This document shows positions 1 through 8,690 of a DNA stretch of 32,000 nucleotides, piece by piece. A program made the position numbers and the translations under genes. The stretch's first letter is position 1. The number at the start of each line of letters is the position of its first letter. The stretch spans positions 42,931-74,930 of the forward strand of contig JAKFUK010000001.1 of assembly GCA_021732745.1 (NCBI GenBank), written 5' to 3'. This stretch comes from Nevskia sp. (lineage in GTDB: Bacteria > Pseudomonadota > Gammaproteobacteria > Nevskiales > Nevskiaceae). Under the pieces are notes generated by a model. That model was not told the origin of the DNA. It did not search any database and saw only the letters and a list, made by a program, of their open reading frames with translations.

Positions 1-1523
1 CGGAACGGGTCGCCATCCACGATTTTCGCGAGGGCTTGGCACCGCGGTCGATCACCTATAGCGAACTCGACGACGCCAGCCGACGCATTGCCGCCAACCT
101 CGTGCGAGTCGGCGTGCGGCGTGGCGATGTGGTGTCCTTCCAGTTGCCCAACTGGTGGGAATTCGTGGCCATCCACCTGGGCTGCCTGCGCTGCGGCGCG
201 GCCAGCAATCCGATGATGCCGATTTTCCGCCAGCGCGAGCTGTCGTTCATGCTCGCGTTCGCGCAGTCGCGCGTGGTCATCGTGCCCAAGCTGTTCCGGG
301 GCTTCGATCACGCGGCGCTCATCCGTTCGCTCAGGCCGGGGCTGCCGCACCTCGAACAACTGGTGGTGGTCGGCGAGGATGGCGCCGAAGGTTTCGAGAA
401 TGTCCTGCTGGCAGCCTGCGAGATGCCGCCGCTTGAACCGCCGCTGTCGGCCGACGAGGTCGTGCAACTGCTCTACACCTCCGGCACCACCGGCATGCCC
501 AAGGGCGTGATGCATTCCTCCAACACCCTGCTTGCCAATATGCGGCCCTTCGTGGAAAGGCTCGGCCTGAGGGGCAGCGATGCGGTATTCATGGGCTCGC
601 CGCTGGCGCACCAGACCGGCTTTCTGTATGGCATGTGGCTGCCCATCGCGCTGAAGACCACGCTGTCGCTGATGGACGTGTGGGACAAGGAGCGCGCCTG
701 GTCCATCATCCAAGCGCAGAAGTGCAGCTTCACCATGGCCTCCACGCCGTTCCTTGCCGACCTGATGACGGCAAGCGGCGCGCCACCGGCCGCCGAGGTG
801 GCGCTGCGCATCTTCACCTGTGGTGGCGCGCCGATCCCCCGTGCGCTTGCCGAACAGGCGGTGGCGCGCCTCGGCATCAAGCTGCTTTCCGTTTACGGGA
901 TGTCGGAGAACGCGGCCGTCACCGTCACCGCGCCGGACGCCCCCGCGGAGAAGGTGTTCACGGCCGACGGATCACCGCTGCCCGGTGTGCGCGTGCGCGT
1001 GGTCGATGCCCAAGGCGTTGATCTTCCCGTCGGTGAAGAGGGCCAGCTCCTGATTCACTCGCCGTCCAATTTTCTCGGCTATCTCCTCAAGCCGGAGGCC
1101 TACGGCATGGATGCCGAGGACTGGTTCGAATCCGGCGACCTCGCCCGCATGGACGCCGACGGCTACGTCCGCATCACCGGACGCAGCAAGGACATCATCA
1201 TCCGGGGTGGCGAGAACGTGCCGGTGGTGGAGGTGGAGAATCTGCTGTACCGGCACCCGGCCATCGTCGATGCAGCGGTGGTCGGCATGCCGCACCCGCG
1301 CCTGGGCGAGACCGGCTGCTGCTTCGTGAGTCTGAAGCCGGGCCAGAGCTTCGATCTCGCGGCGCTGCGCCAATACCTGGACACGGCCGGCATGACGCGC
1401 ACCTACTGGCCCGAACGCGTGGAGATCGTCGAGAGCTTCCCGCGAACGGCGAGCGGCAAGATCCAGAAATTCCAGCTGCGCGAAACCGCACGGCAGTTCG
1501 CCGAAGAAGCCGTCACCGCCTGA
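1..1523 (+). CDS. AMP-dependent acyl-CoA synthetase/ligase; the 5' end lies outside the window
   Basis: The frame stays open upstream of the listed TTG at 36 (..ERVAIHDFREG LAPRSITYSELD..). AMP-binding motif LLYTSGTTGMPKGV, hinge motif GDLARMDADGYVRITGRSKD, C-terminal SGKIQK lysine motif. Confidence 0.85.
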   Translation, partial: ERVAIHDFREGLAPRSITYSELDDASRRIAANLVRVGVRRGDVVSFQLPNWWEFVAIHLGCLRCGAASNPMMPIFRQRELSFMLAFAQSRVVIVPKLFRGFDHAALIRSLRPGLPHLEQLVVVGEDGAEGFENVLLAACEMPPLEPPLSADEVVQLLYTSGTTGMPKGVMHSSNTLLANMRPFVERLGLRGSDAVFMGSPLAHQTGFLYGMWLPIALKTTLSLMDVWDKERAWSIIQAQKCSFTMASTPFLADLMTASGAPPAAEVALRIFTCGGAPIPRALAEQAVARLGIKLLSVYGMSENAAVTVTAPDAPAEKVFTADGSPLPGVRVRVVDAQGVDLPVGEEGQLLIHSPSNFLGYLLKPEAYGMDAEDWFESGDLARMDADGYVRITGRSKDIIIRGGENVPVVEVENLLYRHPAIVDAAVVGMPHPRLGETGCCFVSLKPGQSFDLAALRQYLDTAGMTRTYWPERVEIVESFPRTASGKIQKFQLRETARQFAEEAVTA

Positions 1524-1559
1524 TGTCCCGCCATTTTTTCCGTCGCTGAGCACGACCCG

Positions 1560-2777
1560 ATGCCCGGACCCCTTCAGGGCGTACGCGTCCTCGATCTGAC
1601 CACGGTCCTGATGGGACCCTATGCCACGCAGATCCTCGCGGACTACGGCGCCGATGTGCTCAAGGTCGAGCCGCCGGAGGGCGATGGCACGCGCGGCATC
1701 GGCCCGATGCGCTCGCCCGGCATGGGCGCGATCTTCCTCAACGCCAATCGCGGCAAGCGCAGCATGGTGCTCGACCTCAAGCGTCCAGAGGCGCGGGCCG
1801 CGCTGCTGCGTCTGGCCGAGAACATGGACGTGCTGATCTACAACGTGCGCCCGCAGGCGATGGCGCGGCTGGGCCTGTCCTACCAGGAAGTGCGCGAGGT
1901 CAATCCGCGCATCGTCTATGTCGGCGTCTTCGGTTATGGCCGCGCCGGTCCGTATGGCGATCGTCCGGCCTACGACGACCTGATCCAGGGTGCCACCGGC
2001 CTGCCGGCGCTGTCCCTGATGGCCGGCAGCGAGACACCGCGCTACGTGCCCACCACCATCGCCGACCGCACCGTCGGGCTCAGCGCCGTCGGCGCGATTC
2101 TCGCCGCCCTGCTGCATCGCGAACGCAGCGGCGAGGGCCAGAGCGTGGACGTGCCGATGTTCGAGACCATGACGCAGTTCGTCATGGGCGATCACCTCGG
2201 CGGGCGCAGCTTCGTGCCCGCCGAGGGGCCGACCGGCTATGCGCGCCTGCTGGCACACGAGCGCCGGCCCTACCCGACCCGCGACGGCCATATCTGCGCG
2301 CTGATCTACTCCAACCAACACTGGAAAAGCTTCTGCGCGCTGATCGACCGGCCGCAGATGTTCGCCAGCGACGCCCGGCTCGCCAGCCTCACCACGCGCA
2401 CCCAGCATATCGACGCGCTGTACCGGTTCGTGGCCGAGCAGATGACGGCGCGCAGCACCGCCGAATGGATGCAGGCGCTGGAGGAGGCCGACATTCCCTG
2501 CATGCCGATGCACACGCCCGACAGCCTGATCGACGATCCGCATCTGCGTGCCGTCGGCTTTTTCTCGCAGGTCGAACATCCCAGCGAGGGCAGCCTGCTG
2601 TCGATGGCCGTACCCAGCACCTGGTCGCACAGCCAGCCTGCGCCCGCCCGTCCCGCCCCGCGCCTGGGCGAGCACACGGCCGAGGTGCTGCGCGAACTCG
2701 GCTACGACGAGGCGGCGATCATCAGCCTCACCGAACGCCGAGCCACGGTCACCGCCGTCGCCAAGGGAGCGGCATGA
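1560..2777 (+). CDS. Family III CoA-transferase (CaiB/BaiF type)
   Basis: 405 aa. N-terminal PLQGVRVLDLTTVLMGPYATQILADYGADVLKVEPPEGD is typical of the family. The catalytic-Asp region TTIADRTVG is present. The stop overlaps the next start (ATGA at 2774-2777). Confidence 0.85.
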   Translation: MPGPLQGVRVLDLTTVLMGPYATQILADYGADVLKVEPPEGDGTRGIGPMRSPGMGAIFLNANRGKRSMVLDLKRPEARAALLRLAENMDVLIYNVRPQAMARLGLSYQEVREVNPRIVYVGVFGYGRAGPYGDRPAYDDLIQGATGLPALSLMAGSETPRYVPTTIADRTVGLSAVGAILAALLHRERSGEGQSVDVPMFETMTQFVMGDHLGGRSFVPAEGPTGYARLLAHERRPYPTRDGHICALIYSNQHWKSFCALIDRPQMFASDARLASLTTRTQHIDALYRFVAEQMTARSTAEWMQALEEADIPCMPMHTPDSLIDDPHLRAVGFFSQVEHPSEGSLLSMAVPSTWSHSQPAPARPAPRLGEHTAEVLRELGYDEAAIISLTERRATVTAVAKGAA

Positions 2778-3219
2778 AGACCATCGGCATCGGCTTTCAC
2801 TTCGAGGATCTGCCCGTCGGCTTCCACTTCCGCAGCGCCGGCCGCACGCTGGCCGAGGCAGCTTCGTGAACCTGACCTGGCTCACCGAGGAAGTCTTCAC
2901 CAACCACGCCGCGCGCGAAGGCCTGTCCCTGCCCGCCAAGGTCGTGCCTGGTGTCCTGGTCATGAGCTTCGCCGAGGGCCTGCTCACCCCCGCCATCCAG
3001 CACACCGGCCTGGCATTCCTGCATGCCGATCTCGACGTGCGTGCACCCACCTGCGTGGGCGATACCATCCATGTCGAGTGCGAGGTCATCGAGGCCCGCA
3101 CCACCTCCAAGGGCGACCGCGGCCTGGTTCGCAGCCTCAATCGCGTGGTCAACCAGCACGGCAGGGATGTGCTGGTGTACAAGCCGCTGCGCCTGCTGCG
3201 CCGACGCGACGCCGCCTGA
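2774..3219 (+). pseudogene. MaoC-like (R)-specific enoyl-CoA hydratase/dehydratase, interrupted by a 1-nt frameshift near 2861-2862
   Basis: The N-terminal 31 codons (MKTIGIGFHFEDLPVGFHFRSAGRTLAEAA) end at TGA 2867-2869. The rest of the hot-dog domain (FVNLTWLTEEVFTNHA...GDTIHVECEVIEARTTSKGDRGLVRSLNRVVNQHGRDVLVY) continues in another frame from 2863. Total length is 446 nt, one short of 149 codons. Confidence 0.7.
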
Positions 3220-3253
3220 TCCATTCAACACGACAGACACACCCAGACGACAA

Positions 3254-4417
3254 ATGCCCATCGAACGACACGAGCGGTTCCCGGAAATGCGCGACGCGCT
3301 GCGCGACCTGTGCAGCCGCTTCCCCGACGAATATTTTCTGAAGATCGACGAACAGCGCGGCTACCCGGAAGCCTTCATCAAGGCGCTGACCGAGGCCGGC
3401 TGGCTGTCTGTGATGATCCCGCAGGAGTACGGCGGCTCCGGCCTGGGACTCGCCGAGGCCTCCGTCGTCATGGAGGAGATCAACCGCTGCGGCGGCAATG
3501 CCGGAGCCTGCCACGGCCAGATGTACAACATGAGCACCCTGCTGCGTCACGGCTCGGACAAGCAGAAGCAGCTGTACATGCCGAAGATCGCCAGCGGTGA
3601 ATGGCGCCTTCAGTCGATGGCCGTGACCGAGCCGACCACCGGCACCGACACAACCAGGCTCAAGACCACGGCGGTGAAGAAGGGCGACCGCTACGTCGTC
3701 AACGGCCAGAAGGTGTGGATCTCGCGCCTGCAGCATTCGGAGCTGATGATCCTGCTCGCGCGCACCACGCCCATCGACCAGGTCAAGCGCAAGTCCGAGG
3801 GCATGTCGATCTTCATGGTGCATCTCGACCAGGCGCTGGGCCACGGCATGGAAATGCGCCTGATCCCGAACATGGTCAACCACGAGACCAACCAGGTGTT
3901 CTTCGACAACCTGGAGATTCCCGAGGAGAACCTGATCGGCAAGGAAGGCCAGGGCTTCAAGTACATCCTCGACGGCCTCAACGCCGAGCGCACCCTGATC
4001 GCCGCCGAGTGCATCGGCGACGGTTACTGGTTCGTCGACCGCGCGACCCGCTACGCCAAGGATCGCATCGTGTTCGACCGGCCCATCGGCCAGAACCAGG
4101 GCGTGCAGTTCCCGATTGCCGAGTCCTACATCGAGGTCGAGGCCGCCAACCTGATGCGCTGGCGCGCCTGCGAGCTGTTCGACACGCACCAGCCCTGCGG
4201 TGCGGAGGCCAACATGGCCAAGTACCTGGCCGCCAAGTCCTCGTTCGAGGCCGCCAACGTCTGCCTGCAGACCCACGGCGGTTTCGGCTTCGCGTCGGAA
4301 TACCACGTCGAGCGCAAGTTCCGCGAGACCCGCCTGTACCAGGTCGCCCCGATCTCCACCAACCTGATCTTCTCGTACGTGGCCGAACACGTGCTCGGCC
4401 TGCCGAGGTCGTTCTGA
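3254..4417 (+). CDS. Acyl-CoA dehydrogenase family protein, of a subfamily lacking the canonical C-terminal catalytic Glu
   Basis: 387 aa counted from MPIERHERFPEM; the listed ORF start at 3023 overlaps the MaoC gene. ACAD motifs MAVTEPTTGTDTT and GQKVWISR are present. The C-terminus is RLYQVAPISTNLIFSYVAEHVLGLPRSF. Confidence 0.85.
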   Translation: MPIERHERFPEMRDALRDLCSRFPDEYFLKIDEQRGYPEAFIKALTEAGWLSVMIPQEYGGSGLGLAEASVVMEEINRCGGNAGACHGQMYNMSTLLRHGSDKQKQLYMPKIASGEWRLQSMAVTEPTTGTDTTRLKTTAVKKGDRYVVNGQKVWISRLQHSELMILLARTTPIDQVKRKSEGMSIFMVHLDQALGHGMEMRLIPNMVNHETNQVFFDNLEIPEENLIGKEGQGFKYILDGLNAERTLIAAECIGDGYWFVDRATRYAKDRIVFDRPIGQNQGVQFPIAESYIEVEAANLMRWRACELFDTHQPCGAEANMAKYLAAKSSFEAANVCLQTHGGFGFASEYHVERKFRETRLYQVAPISTNLIFSYVAEHVLGLPRSF

Positions 4418-5595
4418 TGCTGCCGCTGGAAGGCCTGCTGGTCGTTTCGCTGGAACACGCCATCGCGGCACCCTTGGCGACGCGGCACCTCGCTGACCTC
4501 GGCGCGCGCGTCATCAAGATCGAGCGGCCCGAGGGCGGCGACTTCGCCCGCGCCTACGACCAGCGGGCGCGCGGCGTGGCCTCGCACTTCGCCTGGTGCA
4601 ACCGCAGCAAGGAAAGCCTGACGCTGGACGTCAAGCACCCGCAGGCCAATGCCGCGCTGATGAAGCTGGTGGCCAAGGCCGATGTGCTGGTGCAGAACCT
4701 GGCGCCAGGTGCGGCGGCGCGACTGGGCCTGTCGTACGAGGCCCTGTCGGCGCTTTATCCGCGCATCATCGTCTGCGACATCTCCGGTTACGGCGACAGC
4801 GGACCCTATGTCGAGAAGAAGGCTTACGACTTGCTGATCCAGGCCGAATCCGGCTTCCTGTCGATCACTGGCACCGCCGACGCACCGGCCAAGGCCGGCA
4901 ATTCCATCGCCGACATTTCCGCCGGAATGTATGCCTACAGCGGCATTCTCGCGGCGCTGCTGGAGCGTGGCCGTACCGGCCGCGGCCGGCGCGTGGACAT
5001 CGCGCTGCTGGAGTCGATGACCGAGTGGATGGGCTATCCGCTGTATTTCGGGCTGGACGGCGCAGCACCGCCGCCGCGCAGCGGTGCGGCGCACGCCACG
5101 ATCTACCCCTATGGCCCGTTCAAGGCCGGCGACGGCGGCAGCGTGCTGCTGGGCGTGCAGAATGATCGCGAGTGGAAGCTCTTCGCGCGCGTCGTGCTGC
5201 AGCGTCCCGAACTGGCGGACGACGGGCGCTTCGCCGGAAACGCGACGCGCGTGGCGCATCGGGAGCTGATCGACGAGATCGCGACCGCGTCCTTTGCCAG
5301 CATCACCATCAGCGAACTGGTGCGCCGCCTTGACGAGGCCGGCATCGCCAATGGCCGCATCAACGACGTGCACGAGGTCTGGAACCACCCGCAACTCGCC
5401 GCGCGCGGCCGCTGGGACCGGGTGCCGATTCCGGGCGGAGAAATTCCGGTCCTGATTCCACCGGGACGGCGCGATGCCGACGATGTCCGGCTCGGCCCGG
5501 TGCCGGCCCTCGGCGAGCACACGCGCGCGATCCTGCAAGAACTCGCCTACAGCGACGCCGACATCGCCGATCTGCGCGCGGCCAAGGCGATCTGA
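4417..5595 (+). CDS. Family III CoA-transferase (CaiB/BaiF type; candidate dicarboxylate:succinyl-CoA transferase)
   Basis: 392 aa counted from MLPLEGLLVVSLEHAIAAPLATRHLADLGARVIKIERPEGGD. Catalytic-Asp region NSIADISAG. The start overlaps the upstream stop (TGATG at 4415-4419). Confidence 0.85.
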   Translation: MLPLEGLLVVSLEHAIAAPLATRHLADLGARVIKIERPEGGDFARAYDQRARGVASHFAWCNRSKESLTLDVKHPQANAALMKLVAKADVLVQNLAPGAAARLGLSYEALSALYPRIIVCDISGYGDSGPYVEKKAYDLLIQAESGFLSITGTADAPAKAGNSIADISAGMYAYSGILAALLERGRTGRGRRVDIALLESMTEWMGYPLYFGLDGAAPPPRSGAAHATIYPYGPFKAGDGGSVLLGVQNDREWKLFARVVLQRPELADDGRFAGNATRVAHRELIDEIATASFASITISELVRRLDEAGIANGRINDVHEVWNHPQLAARGRWDRVPIPGGEIPVLIPPGRRDADDVRLGPVPALGEHTRAILQELAYSDADIADLRAAKAI

Positions 5596-5629
5596 ACCCA
5601 GCACCCCTCACCCAATCAAAGAACCGCAC

Positions 5630-7000
5630 ATGACTCTCACCCTCACCCCCGCCGCCGACCAGGGCGCCGAACTCGCCCGCTTCGCCGCCGAGATTTCCTG
5701 CGCCAGCGTTCCAGCCCATGTGCTGCGCCGCGCCGAAGATCTGTTCCTGGACTGGATGGCCTGTGCCCTGGCTGGCCGCAGCGGTGAACCGGTGCAGGCG
5801 CTGGAGCGCTTCGTCGAGCGCCACGCCAAGCCCGGCGACGCCGAACTGCTGACTTCGCGGAAGCGCGTCGATCCGCTGTTCGCCGCCATGCTCAATTCCG
5901 GCGCCTCGCACATGGTCGAGCAGGACGACGTGCACAACGGCTCGGTGTTCCACGCCGCCGCCGTGGTGTTCGGGCCGGCGCTGGCCCTCGCACAGTCGCG
6001 CAAGGCCAGCGGCGCGCAAATGCTGGAAGCCATCGTCGCCGGTTACGAGGTGGGCATCCGGATCGGCGAGTTCCTGGGCCGCGCGCACTACAAGCGCTTC
6101 CACACCACGGCGACGGTCGGCTGCATCGCGGCCGCCGCCACCGCCGGACGCCTGCTCAATCTGAATGCCGAGCAGATGGCCTGGGCCTTCGGCAGTGCCG
6201 CGACGCAGGCCGGCGGCCTCTGGGAATACCTGCGCGAAGGCGCACAGTCCAAGCAGCTGCACTGCGCGCATGCCGCGATGGCCGGCATCACCGCCGCGGA
6301 GCTGGCCGCCGACGGCTATACCGGTGCGCGGCGCGCGCTGGAAGGTGCCGGTGGCATGGGTGCCTCGATGTCCGAGGGCGCCGACCCGGCAAAGCTGGTC
6401 GATGGCCTGGGCTCGCGCTGGACCCTGGCCGAGTCCTCCTTCAAGTTCCATGCATCCTGCCGTCACACGCACCCGGCCGCCGATGCGCTGCAGAGGCTCA
6501 TGCAGCGCGAACATCTCAAGCACGAGGATCTCGCCGACGTGCTGTGCGGCGTGCACCAGAGCGCCATCGACGTGCTGGCACCCGTCGTCGAACCGTCCTC
6601 CGTGCATCAGTCCAAGTTCTCCATGGGCACGGTGCTGGGTCTGATCGCCGTCTTTGGCCGCGCGCAGTTGCCGGATTTCGACGCGCACTACCTGGATGCC
6701 AAGGTGGTCGCGGTGCGCAAGAAGGTGCGCATGACGCTCGATGCGGAAGTCGAAGGCGCCTACCCGGCGCGCTGGATCGGCAAGGTCTGGGTCAAGACCA
6801 CCGACGGCCGCAGCTTCGAGGCGCGTGTCGATGAACCCAAGGGCGATCCCGGCAACACGCTTAGCCGGCCGGAACTCGAGGACAAGGCGCAAAGGCTCGC
6901 GTCCTACGCGCGCGGCGCAAGCGATGGCGAGATGAAGGCGATCATCCAGCGGGTCTGGAATCTCGAAAACGAGACCAGCGTCCAGGGCTGGCTGACGTGA
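5630..7000 (+). CDS. MmgE/PrpD family protein
   Basis: 456 aa counted from MTLTLTPAADQGAELARFAAE. N-domain pattern LFLDWMACALAG...NSGASHMVEQDDVHNGSVFHAAAVVFGPALA and overall length fit the 2-methylcitrate dehydratase-like family. Confidence 0.8.
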   Translation: MTLTLTPAADQGAELARFAAEISCASVPAHVLRRAEDLFLDWMACALAGRSGEPVQALERFVERHAKPGDAELLTSRKRVDPLFAAMLNSGASHMVEQDDVHNGSVFHAAAVVFGPALALAQSRKASGAQMLEAIVAGYEVGIRIGEFLGRAHYKRFHTTATVGCIAAAATAGRLLNLNAEQMAWAFGSAATQAGGLWEYLREGAQSKQLHCAHAAMAGITAAELAADGYTGARRALEGAGGMGASMSEGADPAKLVDGLGSRWTLAESSFKFHASCRHTHPAADALQRLMQREHLKHEDLADVLCGVHQSAIDVLAPVVEPSSVHQSKFSMGTVLGLIAVFGRAQLPDFDAHYLDAKVVAVRKKVRMTLDAEVEGAYPARWIGKVWVKTTDGRSFEARVDEPKGDPGNTLSRPELEDKAQRLASYARGASDGEMKAIIQRVWNLENETSVQGWLT

Positions 7001-7791
7001 TCCCCGCGCGCAGTTACCTGTTCGTGCCGGGCAACCGCTGCGAACGCATCGCCAAGGCCATCGCCAGCGGTGCCGACGCGGTGATCGTCGATCTGGAAGA
7101 CGCGGTGCCGCCGGCCGAAAAGGACGCCGCGCGCGCTGCGGTGCTCGCCAGTCTCGATGCTGCGCGACCGATCTGGCTACGCATCAACGGCGAGCAGACG
7201 CCGTGGTTCGCGGCGGATCGCGCGCTGTGCGGGTTGCCCGGCATCGCCGGCATCGTGCTGCCCAAGGCCGAGTCCGGCGCGCTCGTCACCGAACTGCACA
7301 CGGCTGCTGCGCGCCCGGTGCTGCCCACCATCGAAAGTGGCCTGGGCCTGGCGCGGCTGGAGGCCATCGCCACGGCGACGGGCACCGAGCGCCTGGTTTT
7401 CGGCAGCATCGACCTGCGCCTGGACCTCGCCATTCCCGGCGACGAGCCCGTGCTCGATCCCTACCGCATGCAACTGGTGCTGGCCTCGCGCCTTGCCGGC
7501 CTGCCCTCGCCCGTGGACGGCGTGACCACCAGCTTTTCCGATCCGGCCGTGGTCGAGGCTGACACGCGAAGGTCCGCGTCGCTCGGCTTCACCGGCAAGC
7601 TGTGCATTCACCCGCAGCAGATCGCAGCGGTGCATCGCGGCTTCGGCCCGACCCAGGCCGACATCGACTGGGCGCGCCGCGTGGTCGCGGCCGACGACAG
7701 CGCCGACTGCCGCGCCGTGGCGCTCAACGGCCAGATGGTGGATCGCCCGGTCGTCGAGCGCGCCCGCGCCATCCTCGCGCGTGCCAGCTGA
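6997..7791 (+). CDS. HpcH/HpaI aldolase / citrate lyase beta-like (CitE-like) acyl-CoA lyase
   Basis: 264 aa. The GTG start overlaps the upstream stop (GTGA at 6997-7000). SYLFVPGNRCERIAKAIASGADAVIVDLEDAV, PTIESGLG and GSIDLRLDL match CitE / citramalyl-CoA / malyl-CoA lyase signatures. Confidence 0.8.
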   Translation: MIPARSYLFVPGNRCERIAKAIASGADAVIVDLEDAVPPAEKDAARAAVLASLDAARPIWLRINGEQTPWFAADRALCGLPGIAGIVLPKAESGALVTELHTAAARPVLPTIESGLGLARLEAIATATGTERLVFGSIDLRLDLAIPGDEPVLDPYRMQLVLASRLAGLPSPVDGVTTSFSDPAVVEADTRRSASLGFTGKLCIHPQQIAAVHRGFGPTQADIDWARRVVAADDSADCRAVALNGQMVDRPVVERARAILARAS

Positions 7792-7857
7792 TTTGGTTTT
7801 GCCTTCATCCGCATGCTGAGATTTCAACCCAGCCCACTCTCACAGGAACTACTGCAA

Positions 7858-8643
7858 ATGACTGCACCTCTGCTGTTCAGCGTTGTCGACGGCGTCGGCG
7901 AAATCGTCCTCAACCGTCCGGACGCCGGCAATGCCTTCGACGAACCCATGCTCGATGCCTGGGTCGCGGCCCTGCAGCAATGCCACGACGACGACGCCGT
8001 GCGTGCCGTGCTGCTGCGCGCCAACGGCCGCCATTTCTGCGCCGGTGGCGATCTGCACGACATGAAACGCGAGCTGGAAGGTCCGCCCTCGATCCACAAG
8101 AACAAGCTGTGGTCGGGCGTGCACCGCATTCCGAAACTGATGATGCAGATCGACAAGCCGGTGGTTGCCGCGATGCAGGGCGCGGCAACCGGGGCCGGTC
8201 TGGACATGGCGCTGCAGTGCGATTTCCGCGTGGCCGCCGCCAACGCGCGCGTCGCGGCGAGCTACGTCAAGATCGGTCTGGTCCCCGGTGATGGCGGCGC
8301 ATGGCTGCTGCCCCGCATCGTCGGCCTGCCGCGCGCGCTGGAGATGCTGCTCACCGGCGATTTCGTGGAAGCCGAGGAAGGCAAGCGCATCGGCCTGTTC
8401 AATCGCGTGGTGCCGCTGGCGGAACTGGAGAACGAAGCCCGTTCACTGGCGCGTCGCCTGGCCGACGGCGCCGCCACCGCGATGCGTCTGACCAAGCGCG
8501 CGACGTACCAGGGCCTGCACCTGGACTTCACCACCCACCTCGATCAGGTTTCCTCGCACTTCGTGCTCGCCGCCAAGAGTCCCGAGCATCGCGAGGGCGT
8601 GAACGCCTTTCTGGAAAAGCGCACGCCCAACTTCAAGGTGTGA
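7858..8643 (+). CDS. Enoyl-CoA hydratase/isomerase (crotonase) family protein
   Basis: 261 aa counted from MTAPLLFSVVDGVGEIVLNRPDAGNAFD. Oxyanion-hole segments RHFCAGGDL and KPVVAAMQGAATGAGLDMALQCDFRVAA are present. An alternative upstream ATG at 7813 is possible. Confidence 0.85.
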   Translation: MTAPLLFSVVDGVGEIVLNRPDAGNAFDEPMLDAWVAALQQCHDDDAVRAVLLRANGRHFCAGGDLHDMKRELEGPPSIHKNKLWSGVHRIPKLMMQIDKPVVAAMQGAATGAGLDMALQCDFRVAAANARVAASYVKIGLVPGDGGAWLLPRIVGLPRALEMLLTGDFVEAEEGKRIGLFNRVVPLAELENEARSLARRLADGAATAMRLTKRATYQGLHLDFTTHLDQVSSHFVLAAKSPEHREGVNAFLEKRTPNFKV

Positions 8644-8663
8644 ACCGCTAACGACTACCCGGT

Positions 8664-8690
8664 GGCCGCCAGACTCAGGTCTGGCCGGCC
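8664..8690. terminator. GC-rich stem-loop between convergent operons; no U-tract
   Basis: The arm ggccgccagac (8664-8674), loop tcag and arm gtctggccggcc (8679-8690) pair with one bulge. It sits between the crotonase stop (8643) and the stop of the minus-strand ORF (8675-8677). Confidence 0.3.

Noticed and set aside
2855-2870. Programmed ribosomal frameshifting as the explanation for the split MaoC gene.
   Set aside because: There is no slippery heptamer (the sequence is g gca gct tcg tga) and no obvious downstream stimulatory structure. A 1-nt deletion or sequencing error is simpler.
972-3224. Very long antisense or shifted ORFs in the track, for example 972-3224(-) of 750 aa, 5360-6892(-), 15226-16641(-), 18239-19855(-), 22528-23694(-), 27714-29096(-) and 29609-30796(-).
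   Set aside because: They overlap well-supported genes on the opposite strand. They are Arg/Ala/Gly/Pro-rich low-complexity translations with no recognisable motifs. This is typical of shadow ORFs in stop-codon-poor GC-rich DNA.
3023-3253. N-terminal extensions suggested by the ORF track (3023, 3601, 5474, 7813, 12601, 19077, 20875, 23622, 27960 and 29498 starts; on the minus strand 10722, 11423 and 12433).
   Set aside because: The extensions overlap upstream genes or have non-protein-like composition. Internal ATG/GTG codons with SD sequences or stop/start overlaps give products of the length expected for each family.
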